Source: Adineta vaga (Eukaryota; Animalia; Rotifera). Taken from it: a stretch of DNA of 64,000 nt. The stretch lies in contig CP075494.1 of assembly GCA_021613535.1 (NCBI GenBank), positions 9,362,001 through 9,426,000 on the forward strand, read 5' to 3'. Positions 13,454 to 27,400 of this stretch are shown here, piece after piece (position 1 is the stretch's first letter; every line of letters starts with the position of its first letter). The notes beneath the pieces were generated by a model. The model was not told the origin of the DNA, ran no database searches, and was given only the letters and a program-made list of their open reading frames with translations. The translations under genes were made by a program, and so were the position numbers.

Positions 13454-13484
<31 letters not shown>

Positions 13485-14458
13485 AACATACATACAACTT
13501 GCACGACTCATTCTTTCTCTTTTTTGGTTCTTCTATGGCTTCTCGTCGTTTGTCGTTCCGTAATGTTTTTTGTCTTGTGTTGGCTCATTTTGTCCCTAAC
13601 TTTCTTCAACATCATCTTCTTTTTCTTCTTCTTCTCGTTAGACTATAATTTAAAACAAACATGATCTACGTCCGGTTCGATCGGTGCGTTTTTCTTTAGA
13701 AAAAAAAAATGAAAACAAAAAGATACGAAGAAAAAATGCATTGATTAATGTATTATGTTAAACACAACGAAACATTTTACTTTTTCCCTTATTCTTTTCC
13801 TTCATTTTTTTGTTTAACTTCATAGGATTAGTTGGCTTCCCATTCTGTTTTAGAAGGCAAAAGAGAGCTGATTGTTTTCATAAAGAATATATTAAGTACT
13901 TGAAGGTCAGTCAAGCAAAATTTGAAATGAGAGAAGATTTTCAAGAAAAGAAGATTACATTTTCTTATATTGAATGATAATATAAACATTAATGTCAATA
14001 TCGATCGTGCATTTTCAAGTGGATTGCTAGATTGTTATCGAAAACGATCGACTTAATGAACTTCTCGTGTTAGATTTCCGTACATTAAATCTCAATTGAA
14101 AGTTTCAGATATAAGAGAAAACATTTTGTTTAATTTGAAATTCTACTCGAATGAATGTTTCATGTTAACTAATCTTTCATCATAAAATATGTCATACTGT
14201 TGCATGAATGAATTGTCATTTTCATCAAACATCCTATATCATGTTTAAAAATATTCAATATAATTTCTTTCGAGTTGGTGGAACATCATGATTGTTTATC
14301 TAGTCTAATTACATCAAGTAAATATTAACAAAAATTATAAATAGAATTCTTTAGTAAATAAACGAGACAGAAGAATGTCAACGAAGAAAAACAAAAAGAA
14401 ATCGTTTTTTTTTCTCTCTAATATTAAAATTGCACAAGAATATTAGACGATAGACATT

Positions 14459-17400
14459 TCATGAGATCGTTGTTGAAGATGTTAATGGAACGATTTTAAC
14501 TAGCGCAGATGGTGTTAAAAGAGTTGTAAAATTAAAATTTGCCATATATTGACGAGCATTTAATTCTGTACGTGCAATCAATTGTTGAATTTCAATATTA
14601 CGATCACGTTCATCACTAGAAATTGGAGAAGAATATAATTGATTATCATCAATATTCTATTCAGAGAGAATATTTAAGCAATATCTTAAAATATCTTCGT
14701 CTTCTCATTCATAATAATTCTTCCATGTTTAAAGAAGATGTACTCGAGATGAAAAATGTTCTTCTATTGAAACATCCTCTCGAAAAATCTAATTAAATTG
14801 TTATTTGAAATACGCACTATTGAGAATCGATGGAAATGTTAGATCAAACAAGAAAAAGACTTGATTGTCAAACTACTTGAAAATAACAATAAGATAAATT
14901 TGGTTTCCTTTCCTGACGAACAAAAAGTACATCTATATTAGTCTTCTTCAATAAACTAATAGAAAGGATTGATTTGATTTAATCCGGTTTCAGACATTAT
15001 CAATTAAGGTTATTAAAATCTTCTGCAATTCTATTAAGAATTCATATCCGTTGCTGAAAGACAAGCTAAGAAAGTTCTGCAAATGATTTCTATAGTTAAG
15101 AATCAGTGAGTACATTAGGGGCATTGCGAAGCTTTTTCTTTGAAATATATTTAGTTATGCCCTGAAAGAAGTAACATGATAATTACTTGCGATCATCTTG
15201 TGTTCGTTTTCTCATTTGATTCATAATCTCTCTTAGATCTGCATTTTCTTCTTCAAGTATTTTGATTTGAACTTGTAATGATTCTTTACTTGCTTTTTCT
15301 TCTCCTAAACTTTGTTCACATTCATTAATCTAAATCATACATGAATTATTATGTATAAAAATAGAATTCAAGTCTAACTTTTGATTTTAATTCTTCAATA
15401 TATTTCAATGAATTATTAACAGATGAATCAAAAACATTTGCTTCTGTTCTAAACAAATAAATTAAAGAAAATGGAAGTATAAATGTTCGAATAAATGATT
15501 TACCGACGAATAGAAAGATTTTCCGACATTTCATTTTGTCGAATACGTTCTAATTCTATTTCGAGAAGATTATTTCTAAAAGAGATATGATAGAACAAAT
15601 TATGAACATATATATATCGAATGACTATACTTGTGAATAATTTCATTGAAACGTTTTGATTCATTTGATACTCTCTCTTCAATTAATTGTTTTTCCATTA
15701 AAATTTCAACATTTTTATATTGTATATCATGAATAATCTGTTCTTTTTCAATTAGGATTTCTTTCTTATTTATTAAGTCATTTCTAAGATGTTCAATTTC
15801 ATGTTGATATTTTTCATTAAGATTTTGTAATTCACGTCGTTCACGTTCAGTTTGTTCTCTAGACAAAAATCAAAAAGCATTTAATCTTGTTCTTTCAATC
15901 AATTCACTTACAAACGAGATTTAATCGTATGTAATTTATTTTTATATTTCGCTGTAACATTTGCAACATTTTTAGCAACAGATTTGGATTCAAGATCGAT
16001 TTTCATCTTAACATAAAACAAAACTATGATTAGTTTAATCTAATTGAATGAAAGAATGTCATACTTTTTCTTCTTCTAATTGTTCACAACGACGTGATGT
16101 TTGTTCGAAAGCTATTTGTAACGATTCTAATTGTTGAGTACCAGTCGTCATACGTACACATGCATCGTCATATTTTGATTTTAGAAATTTCAATTCATTT
16201 TCTAAAAGACCTAATCGTTGACTTTCATGTTCTGTATCGATAATGGAATTTGATTCGAACTGAAATGAATAGTAATCATCATCAAAGAGATCAATCAAGA
16301 TTCTGTACTCATACTTTTGCTTTTTCGTTTTCATGCAATTGTTTTCGTGCATTATATAAATCTAATTTCATAGTATTGGAATGTTCAAGTAGTTCATTGT
16401 AACGTTCACGTAGTGTTGTTAATTCTTTTTCTAAATCAAGAATTTTCTTCTAATCAAACAAAAAAAAAGATCTTATTAGTAGAAATTCTTCATCAAATCT
16501 GTGAAGAGATCAATTACTTGATTTACAGAATCTTCTGATGAATTATTATTTCTATATGAAAATGAGAATTAAGTCGTGAATTGAAAAGTGTCTAGTCGTT
16601 TACTTTTGTGTTTGTCTTTCATTTCGAAATTCTAGACGAATTTGTTCATTGTAGTTATCTAACCGTTGAGTACATGTAAGTACATGTTTTCGTAAGATAT
16701 CACATTTTAATTTCAATTTTTCCATATGAAATTGAACATTTTCATCGGATGATTCGAACTGAAAGATTATTTGATGGAAAATATTTAAGAAAAATAGAGA
16801 AAAGAAGTTGATCTACTCGTTGTTCAAGTTGTACAGCTTTCTGTTCGGTTAATTCTAATTCATGACGAACACGATCGATTTCTCGATTAAGTGAACGTTG
16901 TTCAATCGTACCGAAGAAATCCGTTTGTTCGACATCCGATGATTGTTGACATTTCTCCAACTATTAAAGTACAAAATAAACATGAAATCCATTCAGATTG
17001 AAAACTTACTAAATATTTCAATAGATCATTTTCTTCTTGTTGAGCTGCTGATTTTAATTTAAGTTCTTGTAATATATTTTCTGTGTGATGAAGTTGTTCA
17101 AAAGCTGTTTGAATTATCGATGTCGATGATGTTGTCACATCCACTTTTTGTTGATCTAATTTTTCGTTAACAAATGTAAATGTATATTCAAGTTTAGCAC
17201 GAAGAGTTTCAATTTCACGTTGTAATTCCACATTTTCTTGTTTGAATTTTTTCAATAATTCTTCTGTTGCTGAAATCATCAAAATATCTTTATCAATAGA
17301 AAACGATTATCTAAATTTACCGGAATGTTGATTTTCACCTTCGATATATTCTTTGTTACTATCGGTAGTCATCTTTGTACATGATTGATCAATAATATGC

Positions 17401-18000
17401 ATCAGTCGACTGATTTGTTCGTTTTTTTCTTGAACAATTTTATCCAGTTGTCGTTGAAATTCACTTTCAAGAAAATGATTTTGATTTTCAAGCATGCTTG
17501 TTTGTTCACTAAGATAATGAATATCACGGTGAGCATAATTGATCATTTCACGAATTTGCTAGACAATAATGACAAAATTTCACATTCGAATTTTATTTCT
17601 CAATCATGATATTAACAAACCTTGATTCCTTCGACAAAATCTTTATCATCTATATTGAGATCTTGAAAAAGATGTCGAAACCGTTGTAGAATTGAAATCA
17701 TTGCTTGTCCTTTTAACCATAATTTCATAATAATTTCTCTTTCTTGTCCATCATGTAAATGAAATTCTCGTTCAATTGCTTTCATAACATCTTGATATGA
17801 AAGAAGATCCTAAACATAACATTTTTATTCGTATACAAAGAACAATACCTCTTCAATCTTACTTTTAAACTAACAGATGTTGGTTTCATTCGAATTTCAC
17901 TCGTCTCAGAGATCGATGTTGATGATGCATTCAGATAAATTTGTGATGCGAGTGGATTTTGTTGAACAAATTTATCCGTTAGATTTGAATCATCAGTCAT
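14459..18000 (-). CDS. Long coiled-coil protein of unknown function (multi-exon; 5' end uncertain, with possible extra exons at ~18100-18260)
   Basis: A chain of E/Q/K/L-rich heptad exons joined by GT-AG introns. The last exon 14459-14615 (DERDRNIEIQQLIARTELNARQYMANF...) joins the phase-2 donor at 15186. Confidence 0.75.
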
Positions 18001-19126
18001 TAGAATGGATTCTTCGTCTTCAACCTATTTGATCGAAATGTGCAAGTAGAAAAAAAGAAAATGTTTCATTTTCTTTGTACGTTTCAAGCAGTTTAACGTA
18101 CTGTATTTGTTTGTTTTATTAATTTATTCTTGTGATCATCTGTATCAAATGCCTGAAAGAAAATAAATATTTTTACGATACCTATTTCTATTCTTTCGAT
18201 TAATAGGAAGTATAGACAAAGAAATTGACTAACCTTCAATTGATTGCAATGAATAGAAACTAAATAATAATAAAAAAAATACGAAGAAAGTTATTATATA
18301 ATCAATTTGCGAAGGCACACTTTAGAGAAGAAAAAACCGCAAAGGAATCTCTGCTGACCTCGTCTTTTTCTTTCTCTAATGAAATAGATCGAAATAAAGT
18401 CGATTTCTTTGTGTACATTTAATATTCTTTTCGTCTGATATTAGTAGAAGAAGAAAAAAACCCGAATGAAGTCTTAAGATGCTTAGACATTCTTATTTGT
18501 TCATCTACAGATTCTTTCTTTTGAAGAGAAAAAAAATGAAAATGTCGTATTCATCTGAATTGTTGCTATTCGATACTTCTGAGATAAGAAAAAGGCAAAA
18601 ATATGAGACAGAAATGAAGAGATTATATAATCATTCAGCGAACAATTTTATTCGTATGAAAAATGATCTAAAGTTTATCACCTTGAGGAATATATAATAA
18701 TAATGATTGTTTATAAGATTTGTCAATATCAGGTGATGAAACAGATTCAGATCTTTTGTCTTGATTCTGTTGAATATGAATCGATGAATATCTTGATTCT
18801 TCGTGTAAAATGAACAGAGCCATTGCCGTAAAATTACAATTTGATGAAAAAACGTGTATATTATGTTCCTGTCATAGTTTATCACAATAAGTCAAATTCT
18901 TATCAGTATCTTTAAATGAAATATTTGACTTTGATGGTCTTATCATGAATGATAGTGAGTTTTTTTTGTTGATAAGTTTCATCATTTTTCACAAGATATT
19001 TCACGGAGAGATATTCGATAAAGGTTATTTTGTTTATTTAAATCCCAGTAAAATATTGTATCACAGCAAAAGAAAAACAAACATGCAAAGCATTATTATG
19101 TTTAACGAGAGAAAGAGAGAGAGAGT

Positions 19127-22100
19127 TTATGTTTTCATTGATGAACGATAAACATCAGTTGATTTTATTCTTGCATTATCATTATAATAGTTTTTTACTT
19201 GACGATTAACCATTTGTTGACCACGAGTTGATGCAATGACTTCTAATAATTCCCGACAATTCTGTTTCGATGCTAAATCAACAACACTTTCTTTTTTATC
19301 ATTTACCCAAGTCACATCACCACCATGTCTATCGAACGATACAATATCAAATTGTTTATCTCGAAGAAATATACAACTTACTCAAGAAGAATTCGGAGTG
19401 GTTGAACACCCTCGTATCCTAATAGACAACATTCATGTAATGCAGTCGTTCCTCGTCTAATGAATAGAAAGTGAAACTATTTTTTATTTCATTTCATTTC
19501 ATTTCATTTAGATTACTTACGGTCCTTTCTTATCTAATCTTGCTTCTCCATCTTTAATCAATGTTTCTATACATTCAAAATGTTTATTACGTACTGCCAA
19601 TTGCAGAGGAGTATAATCATCTTTATTTCGGAAATTAGCATTCGCTTTTTTCTCCTTAATTAAACGTCTCACTTCTTCAAATATATCAGTATGTGAGGAT
19701 TTTTTCTGACTACTGCTGCCACTTTTTCGTTCAAGTAATTTGATCAAAGCATGATTTGGCTGTAATGAAAGATAATCAGGATAGGAGAAGTTTCAAAGAG
19801 AATATTTGTTCTTACACTGTCAATATCAAGAATAGTCGATGATTGTGCTCGTTTCTTCGCTTTTTTTCGATGAGATTTTTCTCGAGTATATTCATCTATA
19901 TAGAAGAAAAAAAAAGTCTAAATAAAGAGTTGATTGAGAATACAATGAAAAACTTACCATCAGAGTTAAATGCACTTGATAATGGTGAACTACGATCAAG
20001 ATGAATTGGGTAATGTTCATCTTTTCGATTGAGAAAAACGGTTGATTGAGAGAGATTTTCTGGCTTTTGAAATATTGTTTGTACTATGATTTGACGTTCA
20101 GTTTCTTGAACTGTTGCATGAATCATTTTACCCATACGAGGTTGACCTATAATCAATGAAGATTTTTTTATTAATATTATATACGTAAGATGTAAGTATT
20201 ACCAATTAATGCTCGAAAATCTTGTCGATTAACTGCAAAAGCTTTCAGATGAGCACAGACATGATCTATTTGTTGTTTCCAATATCCTTTTCCTGGACTG
20301 ACTGGTGTTAATACTGGATGATGTTCTTTAAATGTTTGATCTTCTTGTAATTGTTTATTTTGTGCTATTAAAAGATCGACATCTTTTGCACTCGGATAAG
20401 ATATACCAGATGTCTGCGTAGCCGCTTCACCCTTAGTAATCCAAGTCGGTTGTTGATATTGATTGAGTAATACATTTGCAGTAGACCACGCTGGATTCAC
20501 TGGTGGTCGTGTTAAAGTCTAAATAGCAACAGCAACTATCATTGTTTTTTGTTTCTCTGTTCTTTTCTCCTTTTAAACTTACACTTGCAATCACCGACGA
20601 TGTAGAACCATTGAAATGGTTTCTTGCTGGTGTTTCAAGAACACAACCACATGATGTGCAAAACTTTGCAGTTGGACCATTCGTTGCTCGACATTTTGTG
20701 CATTGTATTGATGTTAGAACCTTTTCTGGATGTGCTCCACACCAATCACAAAAACGAGCATCAGTATGATTTACTCGTAAACATTTTGAACAAGTCATTA
20801 ATGGTTCGGTGAGTATTGGTACCGAAACAGACGCTCTCATTTGCTATAGAAATTAAACGATTAAAAATCGGTTAAAAAGAAGAACCAAAATATCCTACTG
20901 GTGTTGATGTTGGTATCAATGCACTTTCACAAATATAACATGCTCGTAAATGTACTGGATTAGCTGATTTGCAATGAGGACATACAATAGTACTCTAAAA
21001 AAAAGAATTTTAATCATATTGGATTGTATGATAAGTGATCTTAAAACCTGATTTGAAATTTTTGGTCGTAATGATGGTGGTTCTAATGGTTCTTTTATTT
21101 CACAAACTTGACATCGATCGGAATTGACTGGAATAATAGATTTACATTTTGCACATATGTTTGTCTATATCAAGCGAAAACAGATTGAAACTCATGAGAA
21201 GTTCTTCTTCCTACTGAATAATTATTCGGTTGATTCTTTGTAAGTTTTTCCCAAGGTCGACCACATGATGTACAAAATCGTGTATATAAATCAGTTGTTT
21301 TTGGTGCAAAACAATGAGCACATCTAAAGGAAGTACATTTTTACGTGTCAACTATTCACAAGTTCAACAACAAACTGTAAGACTTCTGTTGATCTTTGCG
21401 GAATAACATTGGCGTAATGAGATGAAGCGTCAGGAGAAAATGAATTTGCTCGCATACGAGATATCGAGTCTAAATATGAAATTTTCATTCATAAAAAGAT
21501 GAAAAGGTTTATTTTTTACCCGATACTCTTTCTTCATGATCTTCATGAATTCTTCTCATCAATTCCTATGAGAACAAAATGAAAATATAAATTTGAAATG
21601 AGTGAAAACTTTTGAGGAAAAACTTTCTCCTTATATACAAACAAGTATGCCAGTCAATAATTCTTCGTACGCTATGATTTACCTGCCGTTCTTGTTGTAA
21701 TTCATATAAATATCTATTTTCATATTCATCCGATTGTGCATGATCTGATGGAACAATCCTTATATCAAACGTTTTTGCTATCACAGCACTTTCTCTAATT
21801 CCATTACTAAACAGAACTCTGAACTATTTTCAAATTGATTTCACTTCAAAACTATTTACCGTGATACTGCAATAGCTTTTACAGTTACGTTTCCAGCATT
21901 AGCAATTTCTCGTGGTATATAGAATGGTTTTCGATACTGTATAGTTGAACGTCGCGCTGTTACTGTAATGAATGCATCAGGCTTCGAACCATCTAATGTG
22001 TAGTATATATCAACATCACTGGACTGACTACCTATTTCAATTAATGTATTGGTATCAATTAGGAATTGTTGTGTTTGATCCGAACGTAATGGAATGATAT

Positions 22101-22128
22101 AGGGAGCAGATATTGAACCAGAAATCAT
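19127..22128 (-). CDS. DZANK1: Double zinc ribbon and ankyrin repeat-containing protein 1 (ciliary)
   Basis: N-terminal MISGSISAPYIIPLR, IYYTLDGSKP (Fn3-associated), repeated CxxC...CxxC zinc ribbons, SPGKGYWKQQIDHVCAHLK and C-terminal ankyrin repeats (TPLQLAVRNKH, TTALHECC). Exons join in frame. Confidence 0.92.
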
Positions 22129-22192
22129 TTTATTTCATCAAAGTAAAAAAAACTTAGATGCATTTCAAAACATTTTTTGTATCGCAAAATTG

Positions 22193-22205
22193 GTTGTCAA
22201 GCGAC
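22193..22205. promoter_or_regulatory. Candidate RFX X-box (GTTGTCAAGCGAC) about 65 bp upstream of the DZANK1 ATG
   Basis: Imperfect palindrome resembling GTNRCC-N-RGYAAC, upstream of a ciliary gene; motif match only. Confidence 0.35.
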
Positions 22206-22218
22206 AATTAACTTTGTC

Positions 22219-22227
22219 TCTGATTGG
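22219..22227 (-). promoter_or_regulatory. CCAAT/NF-Y box (CCAATCAGA) in the 218-bp DZANK1/CDC45 bidirectional promoter; CHR-like TTTGAA at 22324-22329
   Basis: The same 9-mer occurs at 4380-4388 and 44675-44683, upstream of other housekeeping genes. Confidence 0.5.
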
Positions 22228-22346
22228 TCGAATAAATTCTCGAATAGAGAATAAAAGGCAAGAGACAATACAATAAATCGATGTTAAACTTGTCATTACA
22301 TTACATTATTAAGAAATTGTACATTTGAAAACAGTTATAAAGTAAT

Positions 22347-24284
22347 ATGGTATTTGTACGTGATTTAAAACGTGAATTTTTTGAATTTATTTCTAAACAA
22401 CAACGTCGCTTACTTGTCTTTGTTCATCTCGATGTGGATAGTCTATGTGCTTGGAAAATTTTTCAACATTTATTACAATGCGAACATATTACATATACAT
22501 GTTTACCTGTTTTATATAAATATGATTTAGAAAATGGTCATATGCAACATATTAGTAGTGGCATAAAATCAATGTTATTTATCAATTGTGGTTCAACGCT
22601 TGATTTATATGATTTTTTATCGCTTGATTCAGTTGCTAATGATGAAAATTCTCTAACTCTATTTGTCTTAGATAGTTTACGTTCAATTGAACATCGAAAT
22701 GTATATGATGCGAAACAAATACGTTTATTAATCTTACCAAATAAAATCGATATGGAAAAAAAACGTGTACCGCCATATGAAGAATTATTTCATGAAATCT
22801 ATGATGATGATAATAATGATGAAAGTGAAAATGACGACGGCGACGACGACGACGATGATGATGATAATTCAAATATGAGAATTGAAAGTAATGAAGGAAA
22901 AGAAAAACGTTTGAAACGACAATGGTTAAAAAAACGTGACAAAGCTCTCGCTAATTATTATAAATATCGTTCACATTCATATTCATCAGCATTAATTATG
23001 TTTGAATTAGCTTATCTATTATCAAAAGATACAAATGAACAATTATGGTAAGAATCAAATCTATTTATTCGATTGTATTCTTTCAAGACTAAATCTTTAG
23101 GTATGCAATTATTGGAGTCACAGAACAATTACTTCATGCACGAATCGATCGTGATTATTCTTCAAACACATGTTCTTCGTCTAAATCATCATCAAAATTC
23201 GACACGTTCAATTACGGATGAAAATAATTCCGCAATCAATACATCCAATTCGAAACTTTCCATGGATTGTATTAATATAAAATTTGATGAAGATATTAAT
23301 TTTCATTTATTAAGACATTGGTCTTTCTATGATTCAATAAGTCATACACAGGAGATGATTTTAGCATTTAAACTCTGGTCATCACGTGGTTTATCACAAT
23401 TAAAAGAATTTCTTGCTGATTTAGGTATACCAAAACGTGAATATGAACAAAATTATCGCGATATGAATATTAAATATAAATCCAATATCAAAAAACAAAT
23501 TTTAGAAAAACGTCTACAAGATAAATATCATTATACAACGAATACAATCATCTTACCGACATTTTTATTATCAAGTGGTTTTACATTGAAATTATCTCCT
23601 CAAGATATTGTTTATTCTATAATGTCAACTTTACAAACCACATCTTCATCATCATCATCTTCAACATCAATGATGATTGATCTAACAGAACGATTTTCCT
23701 TAGCATTATCATGCTTAAATTTTCATCAATTAGCTGATTATATCAATGGTATTGATTTGGGAAAAGTTTATATGAATAAAACACATTATTTAATTGAAAC
23801 ATTATTACAATCAGATAAAAATCTTTCTTTTGATAATACAATTCCATTTATTTTACTTAAATTTGATCAAAATATGTTTAATTCATCAACAACAACGGAA
23901 CATACAACATCATGTGGATTTTTTACACATCCATATCAAGCCTATCTATTTGCACGTAATGCATTACAAACATTGATTGCTTATACATCATCATCAACGA
24001 ATGTTGTTAAGAAGAAAAAATCGAAACATTTACAACGTTTACCATTGATTTTAATTGCACCATATTCATCAACGAATTCAGGAGAAGAACTAGTTGAAAT
24101 TGTTGTTGGTGTACCAGCATTAAATAGTATTATGATGAATTCATTTTCAACATTATTTGAAGCAGCTGATCGTCGTTGTGGTAATGTGGCGAAATTTGTC
24201 TTTTTTGATCATTCAGTTTTATTACTACAAGAACAACATCAACAGAAATTTATTGATGCACTTATGTTTGTGCTTGCAAAATGA
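22347..24284 (+). CDS. CDC45: Cell division control protein 45 (CMG helicase subunit); intron 23048-23100; apparent frameshift at ~23159
   Basis: MVFVRDLKREFFE...DVDSLCAWKI, FINCG, an acidic loop, LWYAIIGVTEQ, then in a different frame LQTHVLRLNHH...LLRHWSFYDS...FKLWSSRG...FIDAL. Gene identity is certain; coding integrity is not (see findings). Confidence 0.9.
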
Positions 24285-24404
24285 ACTAGTTTCTTTTTCT
24301 TTGTATATGTGATGTTAATGATAACATTTATTTTCATATTAAAAACCAAACCTTAAGAGAATTATTTTTCTTTTCGTCAGATTTGTCTTTCTTCAATTAT
24401 GTAG

Positions 24405-27400
24405 ATGAGTGATGATGCACTTTTCGATGTCTTCGATCAAGAAGAACCGACACCAGTGGTAGATATACCGAAAAATGTTACAATCATTGAACAAACAACA
24501 ACAACAACGACAACAGTTGTAACAACGAACATGTAAGAAGAAAATTGATGTTAGACAGCATGATTTTTCTTTCTTTTTCCGTATCCTAGAACAGAAAATG
24601 TCGAATCAATGTCTATGGAGAAACGATCATGGGAAGAAGAAGATGATCCATCAGATTTAAATTCAAAACGTACTCGAACAGAATTATTAACTGAAGCTAA
24701 TTCTGGAAGGTAGAGAAATTCCGTTGAACTCAATAATTATTCAATTAATTTCTATTTAGTTTTTTTGAAAATGTTCCTCGAATGCAAATTCATACTGTCG
24801 AAACAATTGAATCATGTTTACATGAAGTTTGTTCTTTTTGCGAACTAAAACTAGACTTATTTAAATTTTCAAATTTCTTTTAGGTCGTATTACCACCTAA
24901 TTTTGAATATGTTCCATTAAAAGCACCGATCGGTCCACCGGCAAAGGAATATAAATTTAATCTTGATCCATTTCAACGCGAAGCAATAACATGTTTACAA
25001 AATAATCAATCAGTACTTGTTTCTGCTCATACATCTGCAGGAAAAACAGTTGTAGCTGAGTAAGTCAACTATTGATATTTAACTTTTCGTAAATTTGAAA
25101 GTGATGAAATATTAGATATGCAGTAGCAATGGCTTTACGTGATAAACAACGTGTTATTTATACAACACCAATCAAAGCATTAAGTAATCAAAAATATCGT
25201 GAATTACATGAAGAATTTAAAGATGTGGGTTTGATGACTGGTGATGTAACACTTAATCCATCGGCATCTTGTCTTATTATGACAACAGAAGTATATTTAG
25301 AAAGATGAATAAAAATTGAAAATTTCTATGAGAATCATTTAGATTCTTCGATCGATGTTGTATCGTGGTTCAGAAATCACTCGTGAAGTAGCATGGGTGA
25401 TTTTTGATGAAATTCATTATCTTCGTGATAAAGGTAAGAAAAAGACATTGTAGAGAAGATAAACAATGATTATTTGTAGAACGTGGTGTTATATGGGAAG
25501 AGACAATTATTTTATTACCAGATAATGTCCATTATGTATTTTTATCAGCAACAATACCGAATGCCAAACAATTTGCTGAATGGATATCTTTTCTTCATAA
25601 TCAAGTAAAGTTAATATTCGACTTATATATCGAACGATCTCTTTGTTTAGCCATGTCATGTTGTGTATACCGATGTTCGACCTGTACCTCTTCATCATTA
25701 TATATATCCAGCTGGAGCTGATGGTCTTCATTTAGTTGTAGATGAAATGGTAATTTATTAGATTGTGTTTTTCTTCTTCTATATAATACAATGTTCAAAC
25801 TATGGTTTAGGGAAAATTTCGCGAGGATAATTTCAGTTCAGCTATGGCAACATTGCGTGATGTTGGTGATGCAGGAAAAGGTGATAAACGAGGACGACGC
25901 GGTGGTTTCAAAGGTAAAGGCATTTTTTTTGCTGTAAAAAAATCAAGAACTTTCCTTTACTAGCGGAAACAAATGTATTTAAAATTGTGAAAATGATCAT
26001 GGAAAGAAATCTAGCACCAGTGATTGTCTTTAGTTTCAGTAAAAAAGATTGTGAAACTTATGCTTGTGCAATAGCAAAACTTGATTTCAATTCGGGTTTG
26101 TTATTTCCAATTTATCTTTCATTTATTTACTTACTTGTTTTTTTCTTATATAACAGAAGAAGAAAAACATCTTGTTGAAGAAGTTTTCAATAATGCCATT
26201 GATCTTCTCTCTGATGAGGATAAAAAATTGCCTCAAATCAATACTGTTTTACCTTTATTGAAGAAAGGTGTTGGCATTCATCATTCTGGATTATTACCAA
26301 TTATAAAAGAAACGATTGAAATTTTATTTGGCGAAGGATTGATCAAAGCTTTGTTTGCTACGGAAACATTTAGTATGGGATTAAATATGCCAGCTCGTAC
26401 AGTTTTGTTTACAACGGCGAGAAAATTCGATGGAAAAGAATTACGTTGGGTAAGAAATGAAAAAAAAAGATCCGATTTGGATAAAAGTAAATCTGTTCAT
26501 TTAGATAACATCTGGAGAATATATACAGATGAGTGGACGAGCTGGACGTCGTGGAAAAGATGAACGTGGAATTGTCGTTCTGGTCATTGATGAACGTATG
26601 AGTCCGACAACTGCCAAAGAAATTGTTAAGGTTAGTAAGAAGAATTGTTTATATGAAGTTAAGATTCTTTTTTTTTTCTTTTGTTCCAGGGAAAAGCCGA
26701 TCCATTGAATAGTGCATTTAAATTAACATATAATATGGTACTGAATTTATTACGTGTAGAAGGTATTAATCCAGAATTTATGTTGGAAAGATCATTTTAT
26801 CAATTTCAACATTTTTCATCGATACCTGCACTCTACGAAAGTAAATTTCGTTTTTAGAATGTTTGATTTATGTTTCAATCTACTATTTAGAATTACAAAC
26901 TTGTGAACAACAATATGATTCAATTAAAATTGAAAATGAAGATGAAGTAGCTCAATATTATAAATTAAAGAAAAAACTTGAACTTGTACAAGATCAAATG
27001 TTTGTAATGATGAATGATCCAAAATATTTATTATCATTTCTTCAACCAGGTCGACTTGTTACAGTAAGATATAGCGATTTTTTTTGTTATTCAATTCATC
27101 TATTTTAACTTTCTTTTAGATTAAATGTAATGATCTAAACTTTGATTGGTGTGTTGTACTTAATTTTTATCCTAAACCTGGTGATAAAGTCTGTATTTCA
27201 TTCAATTATCATCTTTCATGTATCGTTCATTTCTTTGCTTTTAGGTTATCTATATCGTCGATGTTCTAGCCCATTTAACTTTAGAAAGTGCAGCTCAAAA
27301 ACAAACAGCTGAAATTCAACCGTGTTCATATGTTGAAAAAGGTGAAATGAAAGTAAGAATGAATATATCTTATTTTCGTTAGATGAAATCTTCTATTTTA

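Noticed and set aside
13193-13648. 151-aa hydrophobic ORF and similar F/L/I-rich or antisense ORFs (e.g. 9558, 10584, 31749, 34515, 34606, 58325)
   Set aside because: They are translations of T-rich UTR, intron or microsatellite sequence, or shadows of real exons, with no splice logic or domain motifs.
14616-14800. Possible extra exons or a hydrophobic tail anchor at the 3' end of the coiled-coil gene
   Set aside because: The phase-2 donor at 15186 joins cleanly to the acceptor at 14616. The hydrophobic reading is an off-frame artefact.
17288-17338. In-frame TAA (17307) between two same-frame ORFs of the coiled-coil gene, suggesting readthrough or a pseudogene
   Set aside because: A normal 51-nt phase-1 GT-AG intron (17288-17338) removes the stop.
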